Virus record (IMG/VR): IMGVR_UViG_3300009008_000003
Length of the DNA: 64,000 nt
Origin: a virus
Reading direction: 5' to 3' (one strand)
Shown: positions 16,503-27,100 of the stretch, piece by piece
Position numbering within the stretch: position 1 is the stretch's first letter
Layout: each line of letters starts with the position of its first letter
Translations under genes and position numbers: made by a program
Notes under the pieces: generated by a model
What the model saw: the letters and a program-made list of their open reading frames with translations, nothing else
What the model was told of the DNA's origin: nothing
Databases searched by the model: none

Positions 16503-16923
16503 ATGAGTGAATTATTAACAGTTGGCTATTGTTCAATTACTTACCCAGACACCAACCCGATGAAGCCCCGGACGGATCATACAGAAGGATGGAAATGGGA
16601 ACCTATAAATGCTACGGATTACTATACTGCAAGTTATCCCTGCGCTCATGAATTGGTCGAAACAAATGAATCCTTCAAAATATGGGTTAAATTACCCGGC
16701 TATCAAAAAAAAGGACATTAAGGTAAATTGCGATGGCGAATCGATTGAAATTAAGGGCGAAGTTAAATTCCCATGGGGAAGTGAAGATACCCTTAACCTC
16801 CAACTTCGCCTTACTTCTCACGTATCGAGGAAAGAAGTAAAAGCAGAACTAACCGACGGGATTTTATACATAGTCCTACCTAAGGTCCCAGAAGACAGAC
16901 CACATTCGGTCACCATTAAATAA
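16503..16923 (+). CDS. Small heat-shock protein (Hsp20/alpha-crystallin), split by a 1-nt frameshift at A8 run 16705-16712
   Basis: Frame 1 gives LVETNESFKIWVKLPGYQKK; frame 2 gives KDIKVNCDGESIEIKGE...KAELTDGILYIVLPK...SVTIK. Removing one A restores LPGYQKKDIKV. Confidence 0.8.
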
Positions 16924-16945
16924 GCCTTAATTGACTTTTACAAGG

Positions 16946-16970
16946 AGCCTCGCGATTGCGGGGCTTTTTT
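16946..16970 (+). terminator. Rho-independent terminator after hsp20
   Basis: AGCCTCGC-GATT-GCGGGGCT-TTTTT. Confidence 0.75.
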
Positions 16971-16976
16971 GTAGGT

Positions 16977-17002
16977 AAAAAAAATCGGCCCTTAAGCCGA
17001 TT
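16977..17002 (-). terminator. Rho-independent terminator for the 16992-17186 gene
   Basis: Minus strand AATCGGC-TTAAGG-GCCGATT plus T tract. Confidence 0.7.
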
Positions 17003-17186
17003 CATATTTTTTAGTTTTCTCTCGACCTCGAACTATTTCATGTCCGAGTTCACAGCGAACTACTGGAGTGAACATGCACTTAGTGCCGTTGTGCTCCTCT
17101 GGAACATGGTCATGCTCACATTTTAGGTAGCTAGCACATCCTCTCTGTAAACATTCGGGACACAGCAACGCAGTTTGGATAGTCAT
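16992..17186 (-). CDS. Small Cys/His-rich (Zn-ribbon-like) protein
   Basis: CPEC, CEHDH, CELGH; AAGGAGG RBS. Confidence 0.65.
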   Translation of the reverse strand: MTIQTALLCPECLQRGCASYLKCEHDHVPEEHNGTKCMFTPVVRCELGHEIVRGREKTKKYESA

Positions 17187-17232
17187 AGTACCTCCTTTAT
17201 ACTACTATTCTTATACCCTATTTCTTCTTATA

Positions 17233-17261
17233 TTGACTTTGCCTCTTGTATACCTTATAAT
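17233..17261 (+). promoter_or_regulatory. Sigma70-type promoter for the neck/tail operon
   Basis: TTGACT-17 nt-TATAAT. Confidence 0.75.
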
Positions 17262-17290
17262 TTAATTATAACAATTACAAGGGGTTTTTT

Positions 17291-17761
17291 ATGTCCGTTC
17301 CAACAGAATATCAAAACACTGTAGATAGATTTCGCAGGTGGTTAAATGATACCCCGGCGCTAAATCAGTTGCTTGGCGTAGAAGAGAGCTCAGACGAGTA
17401 TTTGTATGAAGCTCTAGAAGACGCCATTGATGAGGTAAACAATGAGTGGGGCTTTGAATCTAGCTATACGATAGGTAATTTTCCTAATTATAGTTTACTT
17501 AAATATGGAGCAGCTTTACAAGTGCTGATGGGTAAAGGTATTTTATCTGCCAGAAATACTCTGACATACAGAGATGCTGGTGGAATTCAAATATCCGATC
17601 TGGATACCTATGCACGCTATATGCCTATTTTTAATCAAATTATGCAGAAATGGGTTACTGGTATGCAGAAGACAATACGTAAAATAAACGTAGAAGGTGC
17701 ATACGGCGGTGTTGGTACAGAGCTTGAACAAGAAAGCTGGGATGGAAGAACGTGGTACTAA
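17291..17761 (+). CDS. Head-tail adaptor/neck protein (putative)
   Basis: Helical 156-aa protein, first structural gene after the MCP block. Confidence 0.5.
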   Translation: MSVPTEYQNTVDRFRRWLNDTPALNQLLGVEESSDEYLYEALEDAIDEVNNEWGFESSYTIGNFPNYSLLKYGAALQVLMGKGILSARNTLTYRDAGGIQISDLDTYARYMPIFNQIMQKWVTGMQKTIRKINVEGAYGGVGTELEQESWDGRTWY

Positions 17762-18522
17762 TAGAGGATCTGACTGTTCATGCCATAGGTGCTGACAGTT
17801 TATATTTAACTTTTACTCCTATAGCGGTAAATGGGGAAGATTTAGACGCATGGGACCTCTATGTACAGCGAAGCGAAATTAACACACCCAGCGGCCTCTA
17901 TTGGACCACTATAGCCACTATAAGTGGTAGTTGTACAGATTATACGGACACCAGCATATCTGGAGTGAATTTTAACCAGTTTAGAGACATTTGGTATAGG
18001 CTTCAGCCTAGCGGTTTTGATGCATGTGATCATGATGCTATTGCGTACGATCCTGACAAATATGCACTCGAGATAATCAGGCGAGAAGCTATTGCGCTTA
18101 GAGCGGATTATGCGGGACAGCCTATTTGCGTTCTTAGGAAAAGAACTCTAGAACCTACGCGATGCACATCTTGTTGGGACGCTATACTACGACGTGTAAA
18201 TGATCCTGACTGCCCGGATTGTTATGGCACTGGTTTTGTTTCTGGTTATTATTCTGCTATTAGCGGGCTTGCTACTATAACTGCGGCTTCTAGAGTAAAA
18301 CAGATGACACAGTTTGGTGAATTTGATCAATCTTATAAAGTTTTATATATGGGACCTTATCCGTTTATCTACCCGAGAGATATATTTGAAGACCAGATGG
18401 GCAGGCGCTGGAGAATAAATAAAGTTAATACAGTAGAGAAGAATGGACAGATTATTAACCAGTCTGCACAAGTTTCTGAGATAGACAGAGAAGACATAGT
18501 TTATACGATTGATATTCCGTAA
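17752..18522 (+). CDS. Head closure/neck protein with CxxC...CxxCxGTG Zn motif (putative)
   Basis: RCTSCWD...DCPDCYGTGFVSGY; GRRWRINKV; position after the adaptor. Confidence 0.5.
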   Translation: MVLIEDLTVHAIGADSLYLTFTPIAVNGEDLDAWDLYVQRSEINTPSGLYWTTIATISGSCTDYTDTSISGVNFNQFRDIWYRLQPSGFDACDHDAIAYDPDKYALEIIRREAIALRADYAGQPICVLRKRTLEPTRCTSCWDAILRRVNDPDCPDCYGTGFVSGYYSAISGLATITAASRVKQMTQFGEFDQSYKVLYMGPYPFIYPRDIFEDQMGRRWRINKVNTVEKNGQIINQSAQVSEIDREDIVYTIDIP

Positions 18523-19928
18523 TGGGCGCAGTAAAATCAGGTAATAATATATATGTCGAGGGTACTGGAAATACTCTTTCTGGTATTGTAGCCGATATAA
18601 ATGATACTGATTTTTTGGTAGAGACCAGTGCAGCTCCTTCTGGCGTGTATACAGTTAATTGTTCTACAACTAATAGATCCCTATACGTTCGTCCAAACGC
18701 AGAACTAATAATAGGTAGTGGGGAAGACTATTCCTTTAACGAAACATTAGAATATGATATAGGTGCAGCTAGTCGTGGACGCTTTTATGTTCAAGCCGGA
18801 GCCCATCTTAAAATGTATGGTGATACTACCATAGATTTTTCTAAAGATGGTACCGCTCCTTATTATGCCTATTTCTGGGGCGGGTTAACTGTAAGGGGAA
18901 ATGAAACTTATAAGCCTACTTGGAAAAATTTTTCCCGTGTTTATTTTTACGAGCAATCAGATACAGGCACTTATACCGATGATATCTGGGATGTAGATGG
19001 TATGAAGGTCGGTACGGGCTGTGCGTCTACTAACTATTTTGGTTTATTATATGGTATGGGTAAGGTAAGAGCTCATAGTTTTAAGAACATAGAATGCGAT
19101 AAAAATATAGGCCATACAACAGGCAATACCCATTATTTTTATTTAAATTATACTAGTCCATTTTGGCACAATGTTGTTTTCTCTGGCCTGACTTTTACTG
19201 ATGTATATTATGCTTTTCAGAATCTAACAGGCATTCCTATAAAACTGGAAGACTGCACTTGGACTAATACCGCTAGTTGGATAACCTATAATCATAGTTC
19301 TCCTGGTATGAGTCCATGGATAACTCAAAATGATTTTGACGGCACGGAGCCCAGGCAGCATGGTCAGCATTTTCAATTATTTAAAGGTTGCAATTTTGAC
19401 GATGCCGGTATTGGAAATTATGTAGAATGGGGGGCAGTTTGTGCTTTCGTAGACTGCACCTGGACTAACACAACATCTCCTGCGGCTGAAATTAGATATG
19501 ATGGTCGTATGATTATTTGGTCTGGTAATACCTGGAACGACGCCTCTAATCTTAACGCTAATTATGACGGGGCTGTTCTTTGGGTTAAATCTCTGAATTT
19601 AACAGTTGAAGACTCTCTGGGTACGCCAGTAGAAGGAGCAACCGTAGTAATAGAACAGAGTGACGGGCGAGAGTACTGGACATTTAAAACTAAGGCAAAT
19701 GGTAAATTAGATAATATATATGATATAGAGTGCGCATTACTAACGCACGAATATTATTATAGTGCTACGTCGTCTTATTTTTGGTCGAGTAGTGGTAACA
19801 GTACATATCATGATGTATCGGTATATAAAGATGGCTATATTCCAGTAACAAAACCTTACGCTATGGATATAGATAGAGAAGTTACTATTAAGCTGAGAAA
19901 AGTTAATAGCTTAAAGGTAGAGATGTAA
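18522..19928 (+). CDS. Virion structural protein, beta-helix-like with C-terminal Ig/carboxypeptidase-regulatory-like domain
   Basis: Repeated DCTW/GCNF beta-helix-like strands; LTVEDSLGTPVEGATVVIEQ...FKTKANG...YKDGY. Confidence 0.5.
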   Translation: MGAVKSGNNIYVEGTGNTLSGIVADINDTDFLVETSAAPSGVYTVNCSTTNRSLYVRPNAELIIGSGEDYSFNETLEYDIGAASRGRFYVQAGAHLKMYGDTTIDFSKDGTAPYYAYFWGGLTVRGNETYKPTWKNFSRVYFYEQSDTGTYTDDIWDVDGMKVGTGCASTNYFGLLYGMGKVRAHSFKNIECDKNIGHTTGNTHYFYLNYTSPFWHNVVFSGLTFTDVYYAFQNLTGIPIKLEDCTWTNTASWITYNHSSPGMSPWITQNDFDGTEPRQHGQHFQLFKGCNFDDAGIGNYVEWGAVCAFVDCTWTNTTSPAAEIRYDGRMIIWSGNTWNDASNLNANYDGAVLWVKSLNLTVEDSLGTPVEGATVVIEQSDGREYWTFKTKANGKLDNIYDIECALLTHEYYYSATSSYFWSSSGNSTYHDVSVYKDGYIPVTKPYAMDIDREVTIKLRKVNSLKVEM

Positions 19929-22900
19929 ATGAGATATCAAACAATAGGCGCAGGCGAATCTACTACTTTACTGGGCGAGTTAAGTACAGGCGATTCTCCG
20001 GAAATCACCATATATAATCTAGCTACAAGAACCGCTATAGCGCTTACACAAAGTGGGTGTGATGAACTTGAATCTACGGGTTGGTATTGCTATGATAGTT
20101 CAGGTATAGTAACCGCAGCCACCGAAAAGACAGAGTATCTATACTTAATGTCCGGTGACGCAGGAACATACCCAGGAAAATTTGTTGTGGGCGGTTACCC
20201 GGATACAATAAATACTTTAGCTACTTCAGGTGTAGTTGGGCAAATTCTCGAAGATACGGGCACTACCATCCCGGCTTTAATATCAGTTGTTGATGGAGTG
20301 GTAGACACTATTCTTGTTGATACCAACGCGCTAAATGATACAAAGATCCCTGATACTATATCTCTTGCTAATATCAATGCAGAGGTTGACACAGCTCTTA
20401 CCGATATACACCTTGATCACTTAATTGCGGCTGCACACGGGGATACTCCTGTGACTGGTTCTATTATAGCAAGTATGGTTGGAAATAATGGGGTCTGGGC
20501 TGGTTTTAGTACTAAGACTGATTCTTTGGAAATGATAGCTGAGGATACCCAGAATATAAAAACCAGATTACCTGCTGCCCTAACAATAGCCGGTAAAATG
20601 AATTCTGATGCAACAGCTATTTCAGGAGATTCTACGGCAGCTGCTAACCTTGAAGCTACCTATGACGGAACAGGCTACGCTGATTCATACGCACCTGCGC
20701 AACAGCAACAGTTAGAAAATATTGCTAACACAGGTGCAGCTATTAATACGGTTGCTGATAGTTTTACTCTAACGTCTGGAACAGTTATTGCTGGTACTTA
20801 TGAAGATACAGTAACATTGGATGGAACTTATCATCAAATAGAGGATGAGTCTGGTGACATAGAAGCCTACTATGAATTTGATGTAGGAGTTGATGGGGTT
20901 CCAACCTCTGTAACCTTTGTGGGAAGAGCAAACGGTAATAATGATGATATTAATATAAAGGCTTATCATTGGGATGATACTGACTGGGATCAGTGCGGGG
21001 TTATGTACGGTACATCCTTATCTTCGGATGATACACATACTTATACACTATTTACACGACATGTAGGCACGGGTGCGAATGTAGGAAAAGTTAGAGTTCA
21101 GGTGCAGGCTACTAGTCTTGTGTCAGCAGATCTTTATATTGATCAATTATTTTTATCTTATGCGGTTGTAAACAGATCGGTAGGTTACGCAGATGGTGCC
21201 ATCTGGGTTGATACTAATAATGGAACAGCTGGAACGACGGCTTTTATTCATGGCACAGCTGATAAGCCATGTTTAACTTGGCCCGATGCTCTTACTTTAA
21301 ACGCTACTTTGGGGTTCAATAGATTCCATGTTGCTAGTCAATCTTTTGTTCTTTTAACTGCCAACTCAGACGGGTATTATATAGATGCAGCAGAGGCTAC
21401 TATAGATCTTGGTGGGCAGTCTATAGCAGGAGCTTATATTTTTGGTGCTCTAATCAGCGGTGTTGCAACAGGCGATAACGCAAGATTTATAGACTGTAAA
21501 ATTGGAGAACTTACGGTTCCTCCTTGCGGTATGGGAAGATGCGGGTTTGGATATAATTCAGCAACCTTTACAGCAGCTAGTGCTGGACAATTTGTGTTTG
21601 TAGAATGCTTTTCAATGGTACCCGGGAGTGGAACACCTAACTTTAATTTTAGCGGTTTAGGAAGTACTACTGGTATCAATAATAGGGCATACACAGGAGG
21701 CTCGGCTTGGATACTAGACGACGACTGTACTATTTCAAACGAACCTCTTGCAGGCGGGGGTCAGACATTTACTACAAACGGAGCAAATGTAGAACTTCGT
21801 GGTATTTTTCGGTCAGCCACTTATCATGTTGATGGTGCTGCAGGAACTATTCAGCAAGTAGGTGTTACTGGTCCTATAACTATAGATGGAACTGGTACAA
21901 CAACTATTAATCTATATGGGGTGTCAGCAAGTGTTACAGATACAAGTATAGGTACAACGGTTAATGACGAAACTGTAAATAATACACTTATAGCTGCATC
22001 TGGTGAGTACACTGCAGCCCTGACTACTATCCAAGCTGATCTGGATAATCCTGATCAATACAAAGCCGATGTATCTGCTTTAGCTGCTTCAGGAGTTGTA
22101 GGACAAATCCTGGAAGATACAGGAACAACTCTACCGGCCAGTCTATCTGATATAGAGACTGATACTCAGGATATTCAGAATAGTCAGATCAGTATTTCCG
22201 GAATGGTTGATGCAATAGATATCAGTTCTCTGGAATCAGATGTAACTGCTATCCTGGAAGATACAGGAACAACTCTACCGGCCAGTCTAGTAGCAATTCA
22301 GGCTGATCTGGATAATCCTGATCAATACAAAGCCGATGTATCTGCTTTAGCAGAAGAGGCTAGTATTTCAGGTATTATAGTATACGAACACGAAACAACA
22401 AAGACTTATTTATCTGGTGTAACCGCAAATGAAGGCGGTGGCAGTGCGCCAACTGCGGGGGAAGTAGCAGATGCTGTTTGGGTAGATCCAGAGGCCGTGA
22501 TTGTAATATCAGGTGTAGTTTATAGCGGAATCGACAATGCTAATTTAGCGCCAGCTAGTGAATACGATTCAGAGCTAACAGCTATTCAAGCAGATTTGGA
22601 TAATCCGGGTCAGTATAAGGCAGATATAACAGCCCTAGCTACTTCAGGAGTTGTAGGGCTTATACAAGAAGATACAGAATATATACAAACTGTTGTCGAT
22701 AATATTGAGACAGATACGCAAGATCTACAAAGTACTCTAAGTACTCCAGACAGTTTTAAAGCGGATGTAACTGCTTTGGCTACTTCCGGTGTTGTAGGTC
22801 AAATTTTAGAAGATACGATAGATATTCAAAGCACTGTAAACGACATAGAATCTGATATTATTACAGTTCAAGCAGACTTGGATAACCCCGATCAGTATAA

Positions 22901-23387
22901 GGCTGATGTGACAGCTTTAGCTACATCTGGTATTTTAGGACAAGTACAAGAAGACACAGAAGATATTCAAAGCACTTTAAGCACCCCAAATAACTTCAAA
23001 GCTGATGTTTCTGCATTAGCCCTTGAGGCTAATATTTCTGGCTATGTAGCAGATGCTATTAATGTATACGATCCGCCTACGCGCACGGAGGCCACATCTG
23101 ATAAAGATGAAATTATTACAGATATATCAGAACTTGAGACATCTCTTTCTGGGGTAATAACCATAGACAATGGTAGTTTAGAGACGACACTATCAGGAAT
23201 TATGGTTACCAATACTAGCGGCATTGAAGGTATGGTTATAGATCTTAGAGACGAGGCTCTGGGTAAATGGGTGCTAGATACCGGCGCTGGAACATTAACT
23301 TATTATAGAATGGATGGGGTCACAGTGCTAAAAACATTTACTTTGACAGGAGATGTTACCTTGTATACGGGAAGAACCCCACAATGA
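19929..23387 (+). CDS. Long acidic fibre-like virion protein with internal tandem repeats
   Basis: 1152 aa, very low K/R; six ~35-40-aa QADLDNPDQYKADVxALAxSG-type repeats. Confidence 0.6.
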   Translation: MRYQTIGAGESTTLLGELSTGDSPEITIYNLATRTAIALTQSGCDELESTGWYCYDSSGIVTAATEKTEYLYLMSGDAGTYPGKFVVGGYPDTINTLATSGVVGQILEDTGTTIPALISVVDGVVDTILVDTNALNDTKIPDTISLANINAEVDTALTDIHLDHLIAAAHGDTPVTGSIIASMVGNNGVWAGFSTKTDSLEMIAEDTQNIKTRLPAALTIAGKMNSDATAISGDSTAAANLEATYDGTGYADSYAPAQQQQLENIANTGAAINTVADSFTLTSGTVIAGTYEDTVTLDGTYHQIEDESGDIEAYYEFDVGVDGVPTSVTFVGRANGNNDDINIKAYHWDDTDWDQCGVMYGTSLSSDDTHTYTLFTRHVGTGANVGKVRVQVQATSLVSADLYIDQLFLSYAVVNRSVGYADGAIWVDTNNGTAGTTAFIHGTADKPCLTWPDALTLNATLGFNRFHVASQSFVLLTANSDGYYIDAAEATIDLGGQSIAGAYIFGALISGVATGDNARFIDCKIGELTVPPCGMGRCGFGYNSATFTAASAGQFVFVECFSMVPGSGTPNFNFSGLGSTTGINNRAYTGGSAWILDDDCTISNEPLAGGGQTFTTNGANVELRGIFRSATYHVDGAAGTIQQVGVTGPITIDGTGTTTINLYGVSASVTDTSIGTTVNDETVNNTLIAASGEYTAALTTIQADLDNPDQYKADVSALAASGVVGQILEDTGTTLPASLSDIETDTQDIQNSQISISGMVDAIDISSLESDVTAILEDTGTTLPASLVAIQADLDNPDQYKADVSALAEEASISGIIVYEHETTKTYLSGVTANEGGGSAPTAGEVADAVWVDPEAVIVISGVVYSGIDNANLAPASEYDSELTAIQADLDNPGQYKADITALATSGVVGLIQEDTEYIQTVVDNIETDTQDLQSTLSTPDSFKADVTALATSGVVGQILEDTIDIQSTVNDIESDIITVQADLDNPDQYKADVTALATSGILGQVQEDTEDIQSTLSTPNNFKADVSALALEANISGYVADAINVYDPPTRTEATSDKDEIITDISELETSLSGVITIDNGSLETTLSGIMVTNTSGIEGMVIDLRDEALGKWVLDTGAGTLTYYRMDGVTVLKTFTLTGDVTLYTGRTPQ
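22035..23030 (+). repeat. Intragenic direct repeats
   Basis: Identical 50-bp pair 22035-22084/22302-22351 and 39-bp pair 22107-22145/22251-22289; more diverged copies to ~23030. Confidence 0.85.
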
Positions 23388-23845
23388 TAATTACCAAGGG
23401 TTATGGAGTAAATACACTAATTACACAGGGCTACGGAGGCTCTGCTAGTGAGTTTATACGAGAAGTTCTACGCTTAGCTTCTGTATTAACTCGTAATACT
23501 GTGAAGGTTGCTTCTTTAAAAATGTCAAACACACTGACTAGTGCAATGAAAAAAGTGGATACAATGACTAGCGCTATTTATAATGACGATGTTATGGCCC
23601 AATCATCTTTAAAACGTTTTTTTATTAATACTTCTTTTATTAAAGATGAAACCAGGCAAACCATTACAAGAGAATATACTGTTTCATTAATTACCAGTTC
23701 AATAATGGATGAGGTTTCAAAAACTTCATCTTTATCCAGAAGATCTATATTATCTTCTACCTTAGATAGAGAGCCTGCTGAAAGCTCTTCTACAGATACA
23801 CGTTATATTACAAAGACTTCTGCGATAGACTTAGAGGAGATTTAA
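23384..23845 (+). CDS. Ser/Thr-rich hypothetical virion protein
   Basis: N-terminal ITKGYG/ITQGYG duplication; coupled to neighbours. Confidence 0.5.
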   Translation: MIITKGYGVNTLITQGYGGSASEFIREVLRLASVLTRNTVKVASLKMSNTLTSAMKKVDTMTSAIYNDDVMAQSSLKRFFINTSFIKDETRQTITREYTVSLITSSIMDEVSKTSSLSRRSILSSTLDREPAESSSTDTRYITKTSAIDLEEI

Positions 23846-24130
23846 ATGAGTAAAATATATGTAGGCGATGTTGGAACAGTTATATTAGTTAATATGGGTG
23901 AAGATATATCGGGTGCTACTACTACTAATTTAATAGTGCTTAAACCTGGGGACTCTACTGAATATACTTGGTCCGGCTCAGTATATAACGATAACTATTT
24001 GAAATATACAACGTTATCTGGTAATATTAGTGTAGAAGGTGAATATAAATTACAACCTTATATAGTCTTGTCAACTTGGTCTGGAAAAGGGGAAACGGTT
24101 ACTATACGCGTTTACGATGAGTTCGAATAA
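23846..24130 (+). CDS. Small Ig-like baseplate/fibre-associated protein (BppU N-domain-like)
   Basis: IYVGDVGTVILVNMGEDISGAT...KPG...W...LKYTT...GEYKLQPYI. Confidence 0.5.
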   Translation: MSKIYVGDVGTVILVNMGEDISGATTTNLIVLKPGDSTEYTWSGSVYNDNYLKYTTLSGNISVEGEYKLQPYIVLSTWSGKGETVTIRVYDEFE

Positions 24131-27100
24131 ATGAAAATAAAGAGTACACAATTATCTCAGACATGGAATCATCTTGGAGATTTCTGGGGCAAATTTGAAG
24201 ATAGAGATATTGTAGACAATTGGTGGGAAGCCGCCATGTCAGCTATAACTGACATGTACAAAAAAAGTTACTGGACAAGCTACAGTAGAAGTATTAAATA
24301 TTTAGATCCAATCATTAGTGGTTTGGATTATTATTTTCCTGTTTATTATGGCGACACAATTCCTTCTATGTCTGGGTTACTTAACATTAATGTTAGCGGT
24401 GAATACAATCCTGGTATCGGTTCTATATTAAACATAGATAGTCTTGTAAATGTATATTACCAGAACGAAGAGAATCCGTTTACTGAAGAAGTTATAGAAA
24501 GTGGAACACAATATAATTTAAGCACCAATAGAGAATACATAACTTTTGAAGACCACGAAACCGATTTAACCACCAATGCTAATCAGTCCAACATAAATTA
24601 TTCCATGCTTTATGCATCTGGAACTTCTATAATAAATCCTTTCTTATTTAATTATTGGGGTAGGTTAGTAGACGTTGATATAAATAATTATTTAGACGGA
24701 GATTATAATAGCTATTTAACAAGTATAAATAGCCGCCTTTGCACAACAAATGAAAAAGATTTAATTTTTTATAAATACTTTATATGGGCATTAATACATT
24801 TACGTAAAAAAGCCTATACTTTAGATACCATTGAAAACCTATTAGGCATTTCTTATGGCTTGCCGTTCGCATTCGAAAGCGGCGTAGTAACAGATATAAG
24901 TGCCAGCGGAGACGATACCGCTATTACAATCTCAGGCGAACTTGGTAACATTGTATATACCATCCCAAATATAGTAGATAATTATATCATCTTGGGAGAA
25001 GATGACGCAGTAGATACATTCCAATTATTGGTATCTGGATTTATTTTGGACGATTATATTTCTGATTTATCTTTGATAGATACCTACGCTAGTGGTACTG
25101 CTAGGAAATTTAGTACATTAGTTTTAACCATACCATCAGCGTTAAGCGGCTTGTCGTATAAAGAAACTATAGCAAGCGGTGTGGTGGAAGACGTTATTGG
25201 TGAAGGTGTTCAGTTATTTTATTATAACCCATTAACTGCGTTTGAAGGTTTCCTAGAGGAAGAAAGTGCGCTGGATTTTGGAGCTACTTATTCCGGGGAA
25301 ACTACCTTTAGACAAGCTTTGTACTTATCTAATCTATCGTCTAATGCTTTAGATGATATAACGTACGAATTCTCTAATTCAGATTTCTCGTGTGAAGCAA
25401 CTGTACCATCAGGTCTAGTAGCTAGCGGCGAAATAGTAGTACCTGTAGTCTTTACTCCCTCTTCTTTGGGACGAAGTACGACAGATCTAACCGTAGAGTA
25501 TACCACCGGTAGTGTTGATTATTATAATACATTTACAGACGTGGCAGTTGGCAGCGGCATCTCCGCTGACACTCTTAGCGGCGTATTTGTAGCTACTACA
25601 GGGGATAATGATACCGGAGATGGTACAAAGGCCAATCCGTATGCTTCTGTTTGTACAGGTATATTTAATGCTAATTTAGGCGATACTGTTTATATTAGAG
25701 AAGGTACCTATGCGGAGGAAATAAGAGATATATTACCTAACAGTGGCACCAGTTGGGGGAGCGGCTTATCGGTATGGGGGTACCCCGGCGAGACGGTGGA
25801 AATTAGACCAGATATAACGCCTACTGGTTATGCAGTATTAGTTGATAGTGGTTGTGCTTATATAGACTTTTATAATATTCATTTTAACGCAGTAAACATG
25901 CAAGATTACGGAAGAGCGGCCTCTAATAATGGTTATGCTCATCATATAACCTATTCAGGTTGTATTTTTGAGGGCAGCTTAGTGGCGAGCGGCTCGGTAT
26001 TCTCTAGCTATGCTCACCACCTGAATCTTATTGACTGCGAACTATATAATGCTACTAGCCATGCTATTTATCTAGCAGGTTCTAGAACAGTAGGTTATGC
26101 CGCTTCTAGCGGGTTAATTGATAATTGCTATATTCACAATGTTGGAAAATATGGGATTCATTGTAATAATGAAGATCGCCCTGCTGAAGGTTCTCATCCT
26201 GACGAGAGTTGGGAACATACAGTTACGATGAATGACAATATATTCCGAAATAACAGAATAGAGTATTGCGCAAGTGGAAGTGCAATCATATTTGCGGGGG
26301 CTAGGCGCGCACAAGCATATAACAATGTTATCAACAACTGTTATGGCGGTGTATATTTTACATGGAGTAGAAATTATGATTGTGAGGTTTATAATAATAC
26401 CATTGCCCCTACCGGGAGGGCAGGTATCTATATAGATAATTACCGCACTAATGGTGCTATTATATACAATAATATAATAGGCTCTGGTTATACTGACGAT
26501 GGCTTCGGATCAATATCCGAATATAATGTATCGGGGGCATTAGACGCAGATATAAAAAATAATTTACTGCAAACCGACTATAGAGTAGATGGAGTAATAT
26601 CCGGGGTAGATGCTTCCAATATTATAGAAGCAGATCTTGGGGTTGCTGAAGAGGAGAGCAATGTTTATACTCTTAATCCTACCTCCTCTGGCATAGATGC
26701 AGGATATAATGTAAGTACGGTCCGTATACCTGATTATTATGGCAGAGTGCCAAAAGGCGATGGTTACGACTTAGGAGCCTTTGAATTTGAGGCAGATTTA
26801 GTTTATATAACAGGAGCTACTTATGTTTTAACTGTTGATGCTGAGCAAGACATAAGCCATACCAATGAGCACACAGCTAGTGGTGCTTTTAGATCCATAG
26901 ATGCACGCTACGCCGACATAGTTGCTTCTGGCTATGAAACTATCAATATAACTTTCGCAAAAGAAGACTTTACCGGCGAAGATAATCTTAATCGAATACA
27001 CCTTCCTTCGGGCGGTACAGTCCCCATAACTATTCAGGGTACAGGCGCAGAGGCTGGGAATAGAACCAGATTAACAGCTGTGACAACTTTGTCCGGAATA

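Noticed and set aside
22035-22351. CRISPR-like or mobile-element repeats
   Set aside because: The repeats are in-frame coding duplications without unique spacers, palindromes or cas/transposase genes.
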